A DNA stretch of 64,000 nucleotides from a candidate division WS1 bacterium (GTDB taxonomy: Bacteria > Armatimonadota > Zipacnadia > Zipacnadales > UBA5352): assembly GCA_003566775.1 (NCBI GenBank), contig PXBW01000087.1, positions 1,649-65,648 on the forward strand, written 5' to 3'. A program made the position numbers and the translations under genes. The first letter of the stretch is position 1, and the number at the start of each line of letters is the position of its first letter. Below, one piece after another: positions 34,810-44,722 of the stretch. The notes below the pieces were generated by a model. That model made no database searches. It saw only the letters and a program-made list of their open reading frames with translations, and had not been told where the DNA came from.

Positions 34810-36098
34810 TGATGAGCGAGGCACTGAACTTCGATGCGCTGGACCCAGGCGCCGAGGCCGAGGTCGTGGTAGTGGGAGGTGGCCCCGGCGGGCTGTGCGC
34901 GGCTGTGGCGGCCGCCGAGGAGGGAGCGGATACACTGCTCATCGAGCGTTACGGCTTCCTCGGCGGGATGGCCACCGCGGGCCTGGTCAATCCGTTCATG
35001 ACATGGCATGCGGGCGGTCAGCCGATCATCCGCGGACTCTTTGAGCGCATCACCGAGCGGCTCGATAAGTACGGCGGCTGGGGAGGCCCCAGGCGGGCAT
35101 CGGCCTTCGATGATGAGTTCTTCAAGTTCGTGGCTGAGGACCTGTGTGAGGAGGCCGGAGTGAGACTTCAGCTTCATACGATGCTCGCGGATGTCGATGC
35201 CGAGGCCGGGCGGGTCGAACGCATCGCCACGGTCAGCAAGTCCGGCGTGCGCCGGGTGGACGGAGAGATATTCATAGATGGCACCGGTGACGGCGACCTT
35301 GCCGCGTGGTCCGGCGCTCAGGTGGAGATCGGGCGTGAAGAGGATGGCCACTGCCAGCCGATGACACTGTGCTTCCGGATGATGAACGTGGAGATCGAGG
35401 CCATGCCGTCGCGGGAGGAGATTAACCAGCTTTACGATGACGCGAAGGAGCGCGGTGAGATAGACAATCCGCGAGAGAACGTGTTGCTGTTCTACACCAC
35501 GCACGACCGTGAGGTTCACTTCAACACAACGCGTGTGGTCATGCACGATGCAACCGACGCCGATGAACTGACCGAGGCCGAGCTTATCGCACGCAAACAA
35601 GTGCGACAGATGGTGCGCTTTCTCCGCGCCGACGTCCCCGGCTTCGAGGAGGCGTGGCTGTCGGAGATGGCACCGCAGATAGGGATCAGGGAGAGCCGGC
35701 GGGTTATCGGCGATCACGTCCTGAGCGTGGACGAGGTGCTCGGCGCCGCGAAGTTCGACGACGGCATCGCGCGCGGATCGTACTCAGTGGACATTCACAA
35801 TCCGGCGGGTACCGGAACTGTGATCGAGCGTCTGCCGCCGGGAGAGTCCTACGACATTCCCTATCGCTGTCTGACGCCGCTCGGCTTCGACAACCTGTTG
35901 ATCGCCGCGCGCTGCATCTCCAGCGACCATGGCGCACACAGTTCGCTGCGGGTCATGCCGATAGTGATGGCGATCGGCGAGGCGGCGGGTTGCGCGGCGC
36001 AGATGGCGCTCGAGGATGGCGACACCCGCGCGGTGGGGACGGATGCGCTGCGCGAGAGATTGGTGACGCGCGGCGCGGACATCTTCGGCATGGATTGA
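34809..36098 (+). CDS. FAD-dependent oxidoreductase, paralog 3
   Basis: EVVVVGGGPGGLCAAVAAAEEGADTLLIERYGFLGGMAT and the C-terminal LIAARCISSDHGAHSSLRVMPIVMAIGEAAG. The probable ATG is at 34812. Confidence 0.8.
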   Translation: MMSEALNFDALDPGAEAEVVVVGGGPGGLCAAVAAAEEGADTLLIERYGFLGGMATAGLVNPFMTWHAGGQPIIRGLFERITERLDKYGGWGGPRRASAFDDEFFKFVAEDLCEEAGVRLQLHTMLADVDAEAGRVERIATVSKSGVRRVDGEIFIDGTGDGDLAAWSGAQVEIGREEDGHCQPMTLCFRMMNVEIEAMPSREEINQLYDDAKERGEIDNPRENVLLFYTTHDREVHFNTTRVVMHDATDADELTEAELIARKQVRQMVRFLRADVPGFEEAWLSEMAPQIGIRESRRVIGDHVLSVDEVLGAAKFDDGIARGSYSVDIHNPAGTGTVIERLPPGESYDIPYRCLTPLGFDNLLIAARCISSDHGAHSSLRVMPIVMAIGEAAGCAAQMALEDGDTRAVGTDALRERLVTRGADIFGMD

Positions 36099-36210
36099 GG
36101 ACAGGGGCCCGTCCTGCGGAGTCGGCTGCCCGGGACGACTGGGTCGGCGGCGGCGACATACGTGAACCATTCGCACTGGTGGGCTAACTCTGGAACGATC
36201 AGTAGTCCCC

Positions 36211-37029
36211 ATGCATGGAAGCGGGCGGCGAACGCTTATGTCGGGCATCGATATGCGCAGTGTGGTGATCTACGGGCCGCTGCTCATTCCGGCGCTGCTG
36301 CTGCTCGCGCTGGCCGTGGCCCGGCTCTTCACCATGTGGTTCGTTGACAGACTAATCAGTGGACTGGAACTCATCATCATTCAGATGGTGGTAGTCTCGC
36401 TCGTGGGTCTCGCCTTCATGATGGATGGGCTCGCCGCAGTCGGTCCGATCATCCTGTTGGCCCTGGTGGTCGGACTTGTTCCGCTGATGCCAGGCCTTGC
36501 GGGACGCATTCGCGCCCGGCAGCTTTTGCGCGAGGACATCCTCAAATACCGGGCGGCGCTCGAGCGCCAGCCCGATGTGCCCTATCCGCATCTGAAACTG
36601 GCGCAGATCTATGAGGAAAGGGAGGACTGGGATCGCGCTATCGAGCATTACCGGTCATATCTGCACAGGCATACGATGAGCTCCGATGCGCGACGAAGGC
36701 TCGAGCGGTGTCTCGAACGCAGGCGGATGCGGGAGATGGGTCTGCGGCCCTGCCATGTTTGCGGAGCGAAGAACTCGCGGAACAACGTTCGTTGCGAGGA
36801 GTGCGGGCTCTACCTTAAGGGTAGCGCCGAGATTGTGGAGGCGCTCACCACGCCGAAGATGATGGGCCTCTGGCGCTGGCTGATCGTGGTGTTTCTGGTA
36901 CCCGGAATTGCCATCGGAATACTCGGTGACGTGATTCCGCCCGAGTTCTCGATGATTCTGCTTTCGTGCAGCGTAGTCGCCACTCTGATATTCGTTTACG
37001 GACGTGTGCTATGGGAGGAAGAGTCCTGA
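36211..37029 (+). CDS. Membrane protein with TPR-like helix pair and C-terminal zinc-ribbon (CxxC...CxxC)
   Basis: Hydrophobic helices (VVIYGPLLIPALLLLALAV; IIIQMVVVSLVGLAF...), a TPR-like segment YPHLKLAQIYEEREDWDRAIEHYRSYL, a zinc ribbon CHVCGAKNSRNNVRCEECG, and a further transmembrane helix. The start is uncertain (36211, 36238 or 36253). Confidence 0.55.
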   Translation: MHGSGRRTLMSGIDMRSVVIYGPLLIPALLLLALAVARLFTMWFVDRLISGLELIIIQMVVVSLVGLAFMMDGLAAVGPIILLALVVGLVPLMPGLAGRIRARQLLREDILKYRAALERQPDVPYPHLKLAQIYEEREDWDRAIEHYRSYLHRHTMSSDARRRLERCLERRRMREMGLRPCHVCGAKNSRNNVRCEECGLYLKGSAEIVEALTTPKMMGLWRWLIVVFLVPGIAIGILGDVIPPEFSMILLSCSVVATLIFVYGRVLWEEES

Positions 37030-38099
37030 TGCCGGAAGAGATGTCACCACGTGAGAGGGTAATCACCGCGATGCGCCGTGAGATACCGGATCGCGTGCCT
37101 AAGGAGGCGAGCTTCACCCCGGCTATTCAGAAGATATTCGAACAGATGACGGGGGCGACCGATCCACGGGATCACTTCGGCATGGAGGCCCGAGGCGTGG
37201 GTTTCCGGCAACCTGCAGAACTGCCTGATTTCTCCCCATGGTATCCGAACGGAGTGCCCGAGGGTACCACTTTCAACGAATACGGGACCGGGCAGGCGCC
37301 GTCGGACTTCCATCACTTCACCTCCAAACTCTACCCGCTGTCGGACGCCGGGAGCACCAAAGAGCTTGAGGCCTTTCCGTGGCCGGACTACACGCCCGCT
37401 TACCGTCATGAGCATCTCGAAGAGAGTGTGGGTGCGCTACACCGGGATGAATGGTTTGTCGCCGGCGGCCTCGGACATATCTGGGAGACCGCATGGCAGA
37501 TCACCCGCATGGAACGGTTAATGGAAGCGATGGTGTTGAAGCCCGACTTCGCAGGGTATATATTTGACAGGATAACTGAGGATCGCGTCTTCATGGCGCG
37601 GCGCTACGCCGAGGCCGGTTGTGACATGCTCCGTTGCGGCGATGACATAGGCATGCAGGATCGGCTGATGATGAGTCCGCGTATGTGGCGCGAGTGGCTG
37701 AAGCCGCGTTGGGCGAAGGTCATCAGCGCCGCGAAGCAGGTCAATCCGGATATCCTCGCATGGTATCACAGTGACGGTAACATTGAGGCGGTGATCGAGG
37801 ACCTGATCGAGGTAGGCTTCGATATCCTCAATCCGGTGCAGCCTGAGTGCATGGATCCCGCGCAGCTCAAGCGCTGTTACGGCGACAGGCTGGCCTTCTG
37901 GGGCTGCATCGGTACCCAGACCACCATGCCGTTCGGGGATCCCGAAGAAGTCCGGCAGGCTGTCCGCTGGACTATAGAGAAGGTCGGATATGACGGAGGG
38001 CTTCTCATTGCGCCCACGCATGTGCTCGAACCGGATGTGCCGTGGGAAAATATCGTCGCACTCTTTGAGGCGGTGGAGGAATATGGCGCATATGCGTAG
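37029..38099 (+). CDS. Uroporphyrinogen decarboxylase (URO-D) family protein, MtaA/CmuA-like, paralog 1
   Basis: SPRERVITAMRREIPDRVP..., CGDDIGMQDRLMMSP, YHSDGNI, LNPVQPECMDP and FWGCIGTQTTMPFG form the pattern of the URO-D superfamily. The ATG overlaps the upstream stop (TGATG at 37027-37031). Confidence 0.75.
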   Translation: MPEEMSPRERVITAMRREIPDRVPKEASFTPAIQKIFEQMTGATDPRDHFGMEARGVGFRQPAELPDFSPWYPNGVPEGTTFNEYGTGQAPSDFHHFTSKLYPLSDAGSTKELEAFPWPDYTPAYRHEHLEESVGALHRDEWFVAGGLGHIWETAWQITRMERLMEAMVLKPDFAGYIFDRITEDRVFMARRYAEAGCDMLRCGDDIGMQDRLMMSPRMWREWLKPRWAKVISAAKQVNPDILAWYHSDGNIEAVIEDLIEVGFDILNPVQPECMDPAQLKRCYGDRLAFWGCIGTQTTMPFGDPEEVRQAVRWTIEKVGYDGGLLIAPTHVLEPDVPWENIVALFEAVEEYGAYA

Positions 38100-39129
38100 G
38101 ATGCTGTCGGTCGCGGTCGTTCTCATGGCGCTGACTGCGGTCGGCGGCTGCTTCTTCCTCGACGGGCAGTTCGCAATGCAGCAGGATGGAGCGGTCGATG
38201 CGCGCATCGAGGCCGGTGTCCTCAGAGCGATGGCACAGGAGGACGACATCGCGGCGGAGTTGGACGAGGGGATTGCTGAGGGCCAGTGGACGAAGCAGGA
38301 GCCGTTCGACCGCGATCAATGGCGCGTCACGGCACTGACAGGCCGGGCCGAACCGGGTGAGTCGTTGTTCGAGGAGGACGTAGATCCGAAGCCGGATTTC
38401 AGCATGACGTCGCATCTGCTGAGCACGGTTTACAGCTTCCGAATGGACCTCCCCGACGAGGCGGTGGAATTGGAGCCTCCGGACGAACAGGCCGCAGTTG
38501 AGGACGCAGCGCCGGCACCGGAGAATGGGTTCGGCGACGACGGTGAGGTGGATGTCGAGGGAATGGAAGGTCTCGGTGAGGCATTCGGCGAGATGATGGC
38601 GGCCATGATGCAGGGGCCGGACACCGGGATACGCTTCGCGGTCGAGTTGCCAGGTGAGATCTATGCCACTAATGGCGAAGTGAGCAGGAATGAGTGGCGG
38701 GTCACGTGGTCCATGGACCTCACGGACCAGGAGCAACAGTTCACGCAGCTCGACGCATTCTCGCGCCTGCCCAACTGGGAACAGATCGGCAGATTGGGCG
38801 CGGCGCTGACCGACTTCGGGCGCTGGGACCTTGTACCCGCGCTGGCCTCGGGGGTACAACGGGGTGTGCTGCCCGATCCGGTGGTGGCGGATCCGGCCGC
38901 CGCCGAGATGAACGTGCTGATGTACGTGCAGGCGCTGGAGATCCTGACGGCACTTGATCGGGCCGTCGGCCCGGAGATCGCCGATGAGGTGATAGCCGGG
39001 CTCGAACTGAAGGGAGATCCGGACCCGGCCCGTGTCGAGGAGATCGCGGTGCGCCTCGAGGGCATCGATCTGGGCGCCGAAACCAGTCAGAAGATCATCG
39101 AGCAACTCATGCAGATGCTCGGTGGGTGA
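38083..39129 (+). CDS. Acidic lipoprotein, hypothetical
   Basis: MAHMRRMLSVAVVLMALTAVGGC carries a lipobox-like L-T-A-V-G-G-C. The start overlaps the 3' end of the URO-D gene and follows GGTGGAGGA. Confidence 0.55.
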   Translation: MAHMRRMLSVAVVLMALTAVGGCFFLDGQFAMQQDGAVDARIEAGVLRAMAQEDDIAAELDEGIAEGQWTKQEPFDRDQWRVTALTGRAEPGESLFEEDVDPKPDFSMTSHLLSTVYSFRMDLPDEAVELEPPDEQAAVEDAAPAPENGFGDDGEVDVEGMEGLGEAFGEMMAAMMQGPDTGIRFAVELPGEIYATNGEVSRNEWRVTWSMDLTDQEQQFTQLDAFSRLPNWEQIGRLGAALTDFGRWDLVPALASGVQRGVLPDPVVADPAAAEMNVLMYVQALEILTALDRAVGPEIADEVIAGLELKGDPDPARVEEIAVRLEGIDLGAETSQKIIEQLMQMLGG

Positions 39130-39216
39130 TTAGAACAGAACAAAACCGGCCTGCCAGTCGACTGTACATATGTAGTGTGTACAGAGCAGCGCGTGCAGAC
39201 CGAAAAGGATTTGCCA

Positions 39217-39531
39217 ATGCGAGAGCAGTCGGGAATCGGCTTCAGCCCCGGGCAGATGAGCACGCTGCGTGTGCTCGTGCATCTACCGAACTTCCTGAAG
39301 CTATATCTTCGCCTCTACCGGGATAAGCGGGTTGGCCCGATAGCCCGTGGTGTGCTCATTATCACAGTGCTCTATGTGCTAAGTCCGATAGATCTCATCT
39401 GGAACTTCCTGGTCCCCTTCGGTCTGATCGATGACATAATCGTTGCAATCGTCGGTTTGCGGATGTTCATCAAGCTGTGTCCGGAGCGGGTCGTGGAGGA
39501 ACACGTGGAGATCATCGATAAGGGGGCTTGA
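39217..39531 (+). CDS. DUF1232 (YkvA-like) membrane protein
   Basis: LYVLSPIDLIWNFLVPFGLIDDIIVAIVGL matches the conserved DUF1232 core (SP.DLIPDFIP..G..DD). The start codon is uncertain (39175 or 39217). Confidence 0.7.
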   Translation: MREQSGIGFSPGQMSTLRVLVHLPNFLKLYLRLYRDKRVGPIARGVLIITVLYVLSPIDLIWNFLVPFGLIDDIIVAIVGLRMFIKLCPERVVEEHVEIIDKGA

Positions 39532-39534
39532 GAG

Positions 39535-40029
39535 ATGGCGGCGGTCAGGTCACGATTGCAGGCACAGCGAAGCTCGCCACTGCTTCGCAGATTTGATGTG
39601 CGTCGGGATCTCGATACAGTCATGGACTTTCAGTACGAGGTGTACGAGAGCAACTTTCCCGGGTTCCGTGTAGATGAGAGCTTTCGCAAGGAATACCGTC
39701 GCGACATGCGCAGGGCGGCGCGCGATCCGGGCGAGATGCTCTACGTTCTCGAACAGGACGGATGTGCCTGCGGCTTTATCTGGGTGGCGATGATGACTAC
39801 TCTGGTCGATCCGCGGGTAGGGTACATAAAGAACGTTTACGTCGCACCGCATCTCCGCGGGCAAGGCGAGGCCGAGCGACTCATGCAGGCGGCGGAGGAG
39901 TGGGTGCGGGAGAACGGTGCCACTAAAGTGATGCTTGATGCAAGCGTGGTGAACGAACGAGCGGTGGAGTTCTACCGCAAGGTCGGCTACGAGGTGGAGA
40001 GAGTTCGAATGGTCAGAGAGCTTGAATGA
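39535..40029 (+). CDS. GNAT-family N-acetyltransferase
   Basis: Motif A VYVAPHLRGQGEAERLMQAAEEW and the C-terminal AVEFYRKVGYE. Confidence 0.85.
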   Translation: MAAVRSRLQAQRSSPLLRRFDVRRDLDTVMDFQYEVYESNFPGFRVDESFRKEYRRDMRRAARDPGEMLYVLEQDGCACGFIWVAMMTTLVDPRVGYIKNVYVAPHLRGQGEAERLMQAAEEWVRENGATKVMLDASVVNERAVEFYRKVGYEVERVRMVRELE

Positions 40030-40041
40030 TGCGCAAAGCGC

Positions 40042-41157
40042 GTGGTAGATAGGAGAGGTGTGACTTTCGTGTTGCAGGAGTTGCGAGCGATAGAAGGACA
40101 GATGGCCGAGGGGAACCTCGCGGCTGCACAGGCTGAATGCAAGCGCTTCCTGCAGCAGCATCCGACACATGCGGGCGCCCACGAGATGATGGGGGACATA
40201 CTTTACGCTCGCGAACTGTGGGAAGAGGCGGCGGAGTGGTACGAGCTTGGGCGACAGCTATCGCCCACCGAGAAGCTGCGTATCAAGCGCAGGGACGCGC
40301 TGCGACAGGCGAAGCAGGCGCGCAAGGGCCCCGAGCCAACGCTGGTGGATGACGCCGATACGCCGCGACGGATGATCTGGCTGGGCATAGCGGCGGTGGC
40401 GATGCTGCTCGTTATCGTGCTGGTCGCGGTGGGCATGGCGCGCAGGGGCGGAGAGCCGAGGGAACGCAGGCCGCCCCGGACCGTGGCGGAGAGGCGACCG
40501 CCGGAAGCCCAACAGGAGTTGACGAGTCCGCGCACCGTGCGCGGAACTCCCGATAGTGCCCGACAGACGCCATCTGCACCTGACCGAACACCGTCGCCAA
40601 CCCGCCGGGAACCCGCGGCACAGGAGCGCGCTGCAGAGCACTGGGCGGCACAGCAGATGGAGCGCATACCGCCGCGACGGGAGATATCACGAGGGGAGAC
40701 TACTCCGCGTCGAGGCTCTGAGCCACTGACGGATCACGACGACGCCGTTGTCAGAGCGGTAGGCTCGCTCCAATGGGACGAAAACATCCGAATGACCGGG
40801 CAGGTTGGCGCGATGGTCGATCCGTTCACCGGGTACGCTGTGCTCAGGGTACTGGTGCCCCAGAGTGTGACGGGGGATCTTCAGGAAAAGGTCGTCAGAC
40901 AGGCCTTTCGGGTCGCGCAGGCGACATTCCAGGCCAGCGAGGCGGTAAGCTCACTCACCGTGCAGATGGTCCGCGACTCCGAGAGCGGAGAGAGGATGAT
41001 CCTCTTCCGCGGTAATACTACGCGGCGGATGATCGAGCGGGTCGAGGAGACCCCCGACTTCGATACGCTGTGGGATCGGGTATTCACGGCGGTACAATGG
41101 AATCCGCTTGCAGGACCCGACGCCTATGGCGTGATCGAGGACGAACCGCGCCGGTAA
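40042..41157 (+). CDS. Single-pass membrane protein with N-terminal TPR-like motif and Pro/Arg-rich linker, hypothetical
   Basis: TPR-like segments AQAECKRFLQQHPTHAGAHEMMGDILYARELWEEAAEWYELG, a transmembrane helix IWLGIAAVAMLLVIVLVAVGM, then a PR-rich region and a globular C-terminus. The start codon is uncertain. Confidence 0.55.
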   Translation: MVDRRGVTFVLQELRAIEGQMAEGNLAAAQAECKRFLQQHPTHAGAHEMMGDILYARELWEEAAEWYELGRQLSPTEKLRIKRRDALRQAKQARKGPEPTLVDDADTPRRMIWLGIAAVAMLLVIVLVAVGMARRGGEPRERRPPRTVAERRPPEAQQELTSPRTVRGTPDSARQTPSAPDRTPSPTRREPAAQERAAEHWAAQQMERIPPRREISRGETTPRRGSEPLTDHDDAVVRAVGSLQWDENIRMTGQVGAMVDPFTGYAVLRVLVPQSVTGDLQEKVVRQAFRVAQATFQASEAVSSLTVQMVRDSESGERMILFRGNTTRRMIERVEETPDFDTLWDRVFTAVQWNPLAGPDAYGVIEDEPRR

Positions 41158-41422
41158 GCGCCCCACATTCCGACGTATTGCTACGCTGTCGAATCGAGCG
41201 CCTCGGGTGCATACCGGATATCGCAAAGCCCTCCGGGAACCATCGCTTCAGCAAGCCACGCACTCGCTGTTGGTAACCGTGCGGCAGGCTCGCGATGCCT
41301 GCGGGTCTGCTTCTGCGGACTTTCTCCATTCTCGGCACCGGCGAGAAGCTCATACCCGGCGTGGCGGGCAAGTCCATGCGACGGGCCTGCAAATCTGACG
41401 CGACTACAGGCTCGTTCTCAGT

Positions 41423-42253
41423 TCAGCTTCCGGCGGCAATGCAGCGCCTGAGGGCATCAGCGTTGTGCTTCATGCCGACCTCGGGGTCGGGCAGGCGCTC
41501 CGGGTGCCAGAACTTCTCGTACTCATCCGAGATCCACCCATCGTAGCCGATTCCGTTAAGTCGCTCAATGATCTCGCACCAGTCCATCTCTCCCTCACCG
41601 ATCAATGTGGTGTGAGTGCCACCGTCGTCCTCACGTGCGCAGTCCTTCGCGTGGACGTGGACGATCCACGGGGCCAGCATCTCCACGGCCTTATCGACGG
41701 GCTCCTCACCTCGCACATGTACCCAGTAAGCGTCATAGAGAACACCCACCGCCTCGTGATCGATGGCCTCCACGAACTCCACCGCCTCCGCGGCGCTCCA
41801 GGCAAGCTGCCCGCGATGTGTCTCGACCCCGAGCACGACGCCACAGTCGGCGGCGATTGCTCCCGCCTCTCGTGTCCCCTCGACGGTACGCTCGAAGACC
41901 TCGTCACGCTCGAAGTCGTCCTGTGGCCACTGCCCGGAGATAGCGCGGACAGTGGGGCAGTCAAGCTGTCGCGCTATATCGCAGGCGATGCGATAGCCTT
42001 CGAGTGACGCTTTCTCGGCTGCCTCATCCATGAAATCGCGATAGTAGGGAGTGAGACAGGCGAACTCCACGCTCTCGGCCTGCGCGTGATCGCGGATGCG
42101 CCTAACATCATCCGAAGTCAGCGCCTCAAGATGCATCTGTCCGTTCTCTGCACAGCGTACCTCAATGCCGTCAAGGCCGATTGAGGCACAGAACGAGATG
42201 GCCTCAAAGATATCCATCTCAGGCATTCCCATGGTGTGTCCGCAAAGCTTCAT
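41423..42253 (-). CDS. Sugar phosphate isomerase/epimerase (xylose isomerase-like TIM barrel)
   Basis: AP_endonuc_2/TIM-barrel pattern: FCASIGLDGIEVRC..., LGVETHRGQL, HVHAKD, and GEGEMDWCEIIERLNGIGYDGWISDEY. An AGGAGGAG RBS is present. Confidence 0.85.
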   Translation of the reverse strand: MKLCGHTMGMPEMDIFEAISFCASIGLDGIEVRCAENGQMHLEALTSDDVRRIRDHAQAESVEFACLTPYYRDFMDEAAEKASLEGYRIACDIARQLDCPTVRAISGQWPQDDFERDEVFERTVEGTREAGAIAADCGVVLGVETHRGQLAWSAAEAVEFVEAIDHEAVGVLYDAYWVHVRGEEPVDKAVEMLAPWIVHVHAKDCAREDDGGTHTTLIGEGEMDWCEIIERLNGIGYDGWISDEYEKFWHPERLPDPEVGMKHNADALRRCIAAGS

Positions 42254-42675
42254 GGCGAGTCTCTCCTCCTGTATGGTGGAGTGCGTGGCGCGGCAGGTGA
42301 CAGGCGGCGGTCAACCTGCCCATCAGTCAATATTGCACTCCCCCGAGTCTGTCCCGGATTGAACGCTCTCGGTCGATAGTTCCACGGAACCATGCCCTTC
42401 TCCTCGTGTCAGGTGGAAAAGCTCGCTCACGGACACGGCTGATCAGAGTGGATGATTCTCCGACACCGGTCGCCGGCTCACGCTCAGACCGACGCAGTTT
42501 TCCTGGCCCAATCTGTCAGGATTGCGCTCTTAGAGTCGCCTCAGAAAAAAGATTCCATCCTGATGAAGGTCATCGGTACGTCGGTAGCGAACTAAGTATC
42601 TTCAGTCATCGTCGCAGGCACCTGAGGGCTTGTGAGTCGGACCATTTGCAGAGAGTTGTGAACGGAGCGGTAGCA

Positions 42676-44586
42676 GTGAAGACGCCATTCGAGGAACTGC
42701 CGGTCGAATTACCGTCGCACCTTGATGAGATACTCTCCGCCTGTCCGGGGTACACGGTGGCCCGGAACGAAGCGGAGTTGGTTGAGTTGGCGGTGAAGGA
42801 CAGGTCAAACGGTTGGCATGAGGTTGCGTACGATGTGCCCGGGATGGGTTCGGTCACCGAGGCGCGAGTATGCCGGGTGCACAATGGAATCGCCGCCAAC
42901 TACGTCGATCCCTACATGCGACGTCGCGATCCAGAGTGCATGCTGATAGCCGACGATCAACCTACCGATAAACCACGGTTCAAGGAGCGGTTCGACAAGG
43001 ACTTCGAAGAGGTCCGTCAGGAGACATTCGAGTGGCTGAAGACCCAGGAACTCGCGCTCTTCCTTTTCATGGCCGGTGGGGCCGAGGAGGGTCTGCCTGC
43101 GATGGCGGTAGCGCCTGCGAACGCGGGTTTCTTCGCACTCGGGCTTGCGCTGCTGCAGGGTATACTTGATCCGGAGCAGCTTCCTGGGGACGAGTTGTTC
43201 GCTCCTAAGTCGATCATCTACGTTGCTCCTCCCTTCCGTCACAGCCACTTTGGCGGCAAGCAGATTGTTGTGCACAATCGGCTTCCACAGATGCACGAGT
43301 TGTTCAGCTACAACCTCTATCCCGGCCCCAGTGCCAAGAAGGGCGTTTACGGTGTGTTGATCAACCACGGCGAAAAGGAGGGGTGGGTAACCGCGCACTG
43401 TGCGACTGTCCGGTCGATTAACCCGGCCGGGGAGGAGATCATATTCATGCATGAGGGCGCGAGCGGCGGCGGGAAGAGTGAGATCCTGCAGCACATGCAT
43501 CGAGAGGAAGACGGTAGCCTGCGTCTGGCCTGGAAGAACGGTGACGGTGGCGGGCCCGAAGAGAAGCTTCTGTCACTGGCTGATGCATGTGATCTGATGC
43601 CGGTTACCGACGACATGGCGATGTGTCATCCCTCGTTGCAGAGTGACAACGGGGGCCTTGCACTGATGGACGCCGAACAGGCATGGTTTATACGGGTGAA
43701 TCACATCACAGAATCGGGCACCGATCCTCATCTTGAACACATGACAGTTGATCCCTCCGAGCCCTTGCTGTTCCTGAACATCCAGACGGAACCCGGCGAT
43801 ACCGCCCTTATCTGGAACCATATCATGGATGAGGCCGGAGATCCCTGTCCTAATCCCCGTGTTGTGATCCCCCGGCGCGCGGTTCCCGATGTGGTCGATG
43901 GCCCGGTGAAGGTGGATGTCCGCAGCTTCGGTGTGCGCACACCGCCGTGCACCAGAGAGCTTCCGACCTTTGGCATTATCGGGTTGATGCATGTTCTGCC
44001 GCCGGCGCTGGCATGGCTGTGGCGGCTCGCCGCGCCGCGTGGCCATGACAACCCAAGCATAATAGACACGGAGATGATGACTTCCGAGGGCGTAGGCTCG
44101 TACTGGCCCTTCGCCACCGGGCGCATGGTGAGCCAGGCAAATCTGCTGCTTGAACAGTTCGCCAAGACGTCCTCGGTCCTGCACATTCTGTGCCCGAACC
44201 AGCACGTTGGAGCATGGGAGACGGGCTTCATGCCTGAGTGGATCGCGCGGGAGTACCTCTCCGGGCGAGGCTCTCACCCATTCAGCCCTGACGAGATAAC
44301 TCCTGCTCGCTGTCCTCTGCTGGGATATGCGCTTGGCTCAATGGAGATCGCGGGACAGACTGTTCCGGACGAACTGCTGCGCGTGGAATTGCAGGAAGAG
44401 GTGGGGAATGAGGCGTATGATGCAGGAGCCGGGAAGTTGATCCGCTTCTTCCATCAGGAGATCGAGAAGTTCGATCGGCCCGATCTGGATCCGGTCGGCA
44501 GGAGAATCATCCAGGCCTGCCTTCAGAACGCACCAGTTGAGACCTATGAAGGGTTTTTCGCCGGTGCCAGGACAGCCGATATCTAA
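42676..44586 (+). CDS. Large uncharacterised P-loop protein (HprK/PEPCK-like GxSGxGKSE motif; possibly DUF4914-like)
   Basis: A ~636-aa product if started at GTG 42676 (GGAG lies 9-12 nt upstream); the ORF track extends to 42406. The Walker-A-like HEGASGGGKSEIL sits at about 43455-43485. The DUF4914 attribution comes from memory of length and architecture only. Confidence 0.6.
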   Translation: MKTPFEELPVELPSHLDEILSACPGYTVARNEAELVELAVKDRSNGWHEVAYDVPGMGSVTEARVCRVHNGIAANYVDPYMRRRDPECMLIADDQPTDKPRFKERFDKDFEEVRQETFEWLKTQELALFLFMAGGAEEGLPAMAVAPANAGFFALGLALLQGILDPEQLPGDELFAPKSIIYVAPPFRHSHFGGKQIVVHNRLPQMHELFSYNLYPGPSAKKGVYGVLINHGEKEGWVTAHCATVRSINPAGEEIIFMHEGASGGGKSEILQHMHREEDGSLRLAWKNGDGGGPEEKLLSLADACDLMPVTDDMAMCHPSLQSDNGGLALMDAEQAWFIRVNHITESGTDPHLEHMTVDPSEPLLFLNIQTEPGDTALIWNHIMDEAGDPCPNPRVVIPRRAVPDVVDGPVKVDVRSFGVRTPPCTRELPTFGIIGLMHVLPPALAWLWRLAAPRGHDNPSIIDTEMMTSEGVGSYWPFATGRMVSQANLLLEQFAKTSSVLHILCPNQHVGAWETGFMPEWIAREYLSGRGSHPFSPDEITPARCPLLGYALGSMEIAGQTVPDELLRVELQEEVGNEAYDAGAGKLIRFFHQEIEKFDRPDLDPVGRRIIQACLQNAPVETYEGFFAGARTADI

Positions 44587-44722
44587 CACATGCTCTGAGC
44601 ATGCATCAGGCTTTTCACCTCGATCTTCTCAGCGGTGACGTAGCTCGGGAGAGGCCCGTCGACTCCGCGCAGAGGAAGCGACGAGGAATACGCTGCCGAA
44701 GAGGCCCTGTCATGGCTTCTCG

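Noticed and set aside
34656-35717. 353-aa minus-strand ORF
   Set aside because: It is antisense to FAD-oxidoreductase paralog 3 and to MNT2, and has no motif.
38097-38099. Genome-wide reassignment of TAG to a sense codon, as an explanation for the two in-frame TAGs
   Set aside because: TAG appears to act as a genuine stop in this window. After the URO-D TAG (38097-38099) the frame reads only junk that is the off-frame of the lipoprotein gene. MNT2 ends TAG TGA TGA. The rubrerythrin-like gene ends at TAG with only 12 more codons. At most, site-specific read-through or suppression remains possible.
38005-39105. 366-aa minus-strand ORF
   Set aside because: It is antisense to the lipoprotein gene. 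It is His/Arg/Leu-rich, with no RBS and no motif.
44590-44606. Inverted repeat catgctc-t-gagcatg just after the P-loop gene stop, as a terminator
   Set aside because: A one-nucleotide spacer cannot form the full stem, so the effective hairpin is very short. There is no U-tract.
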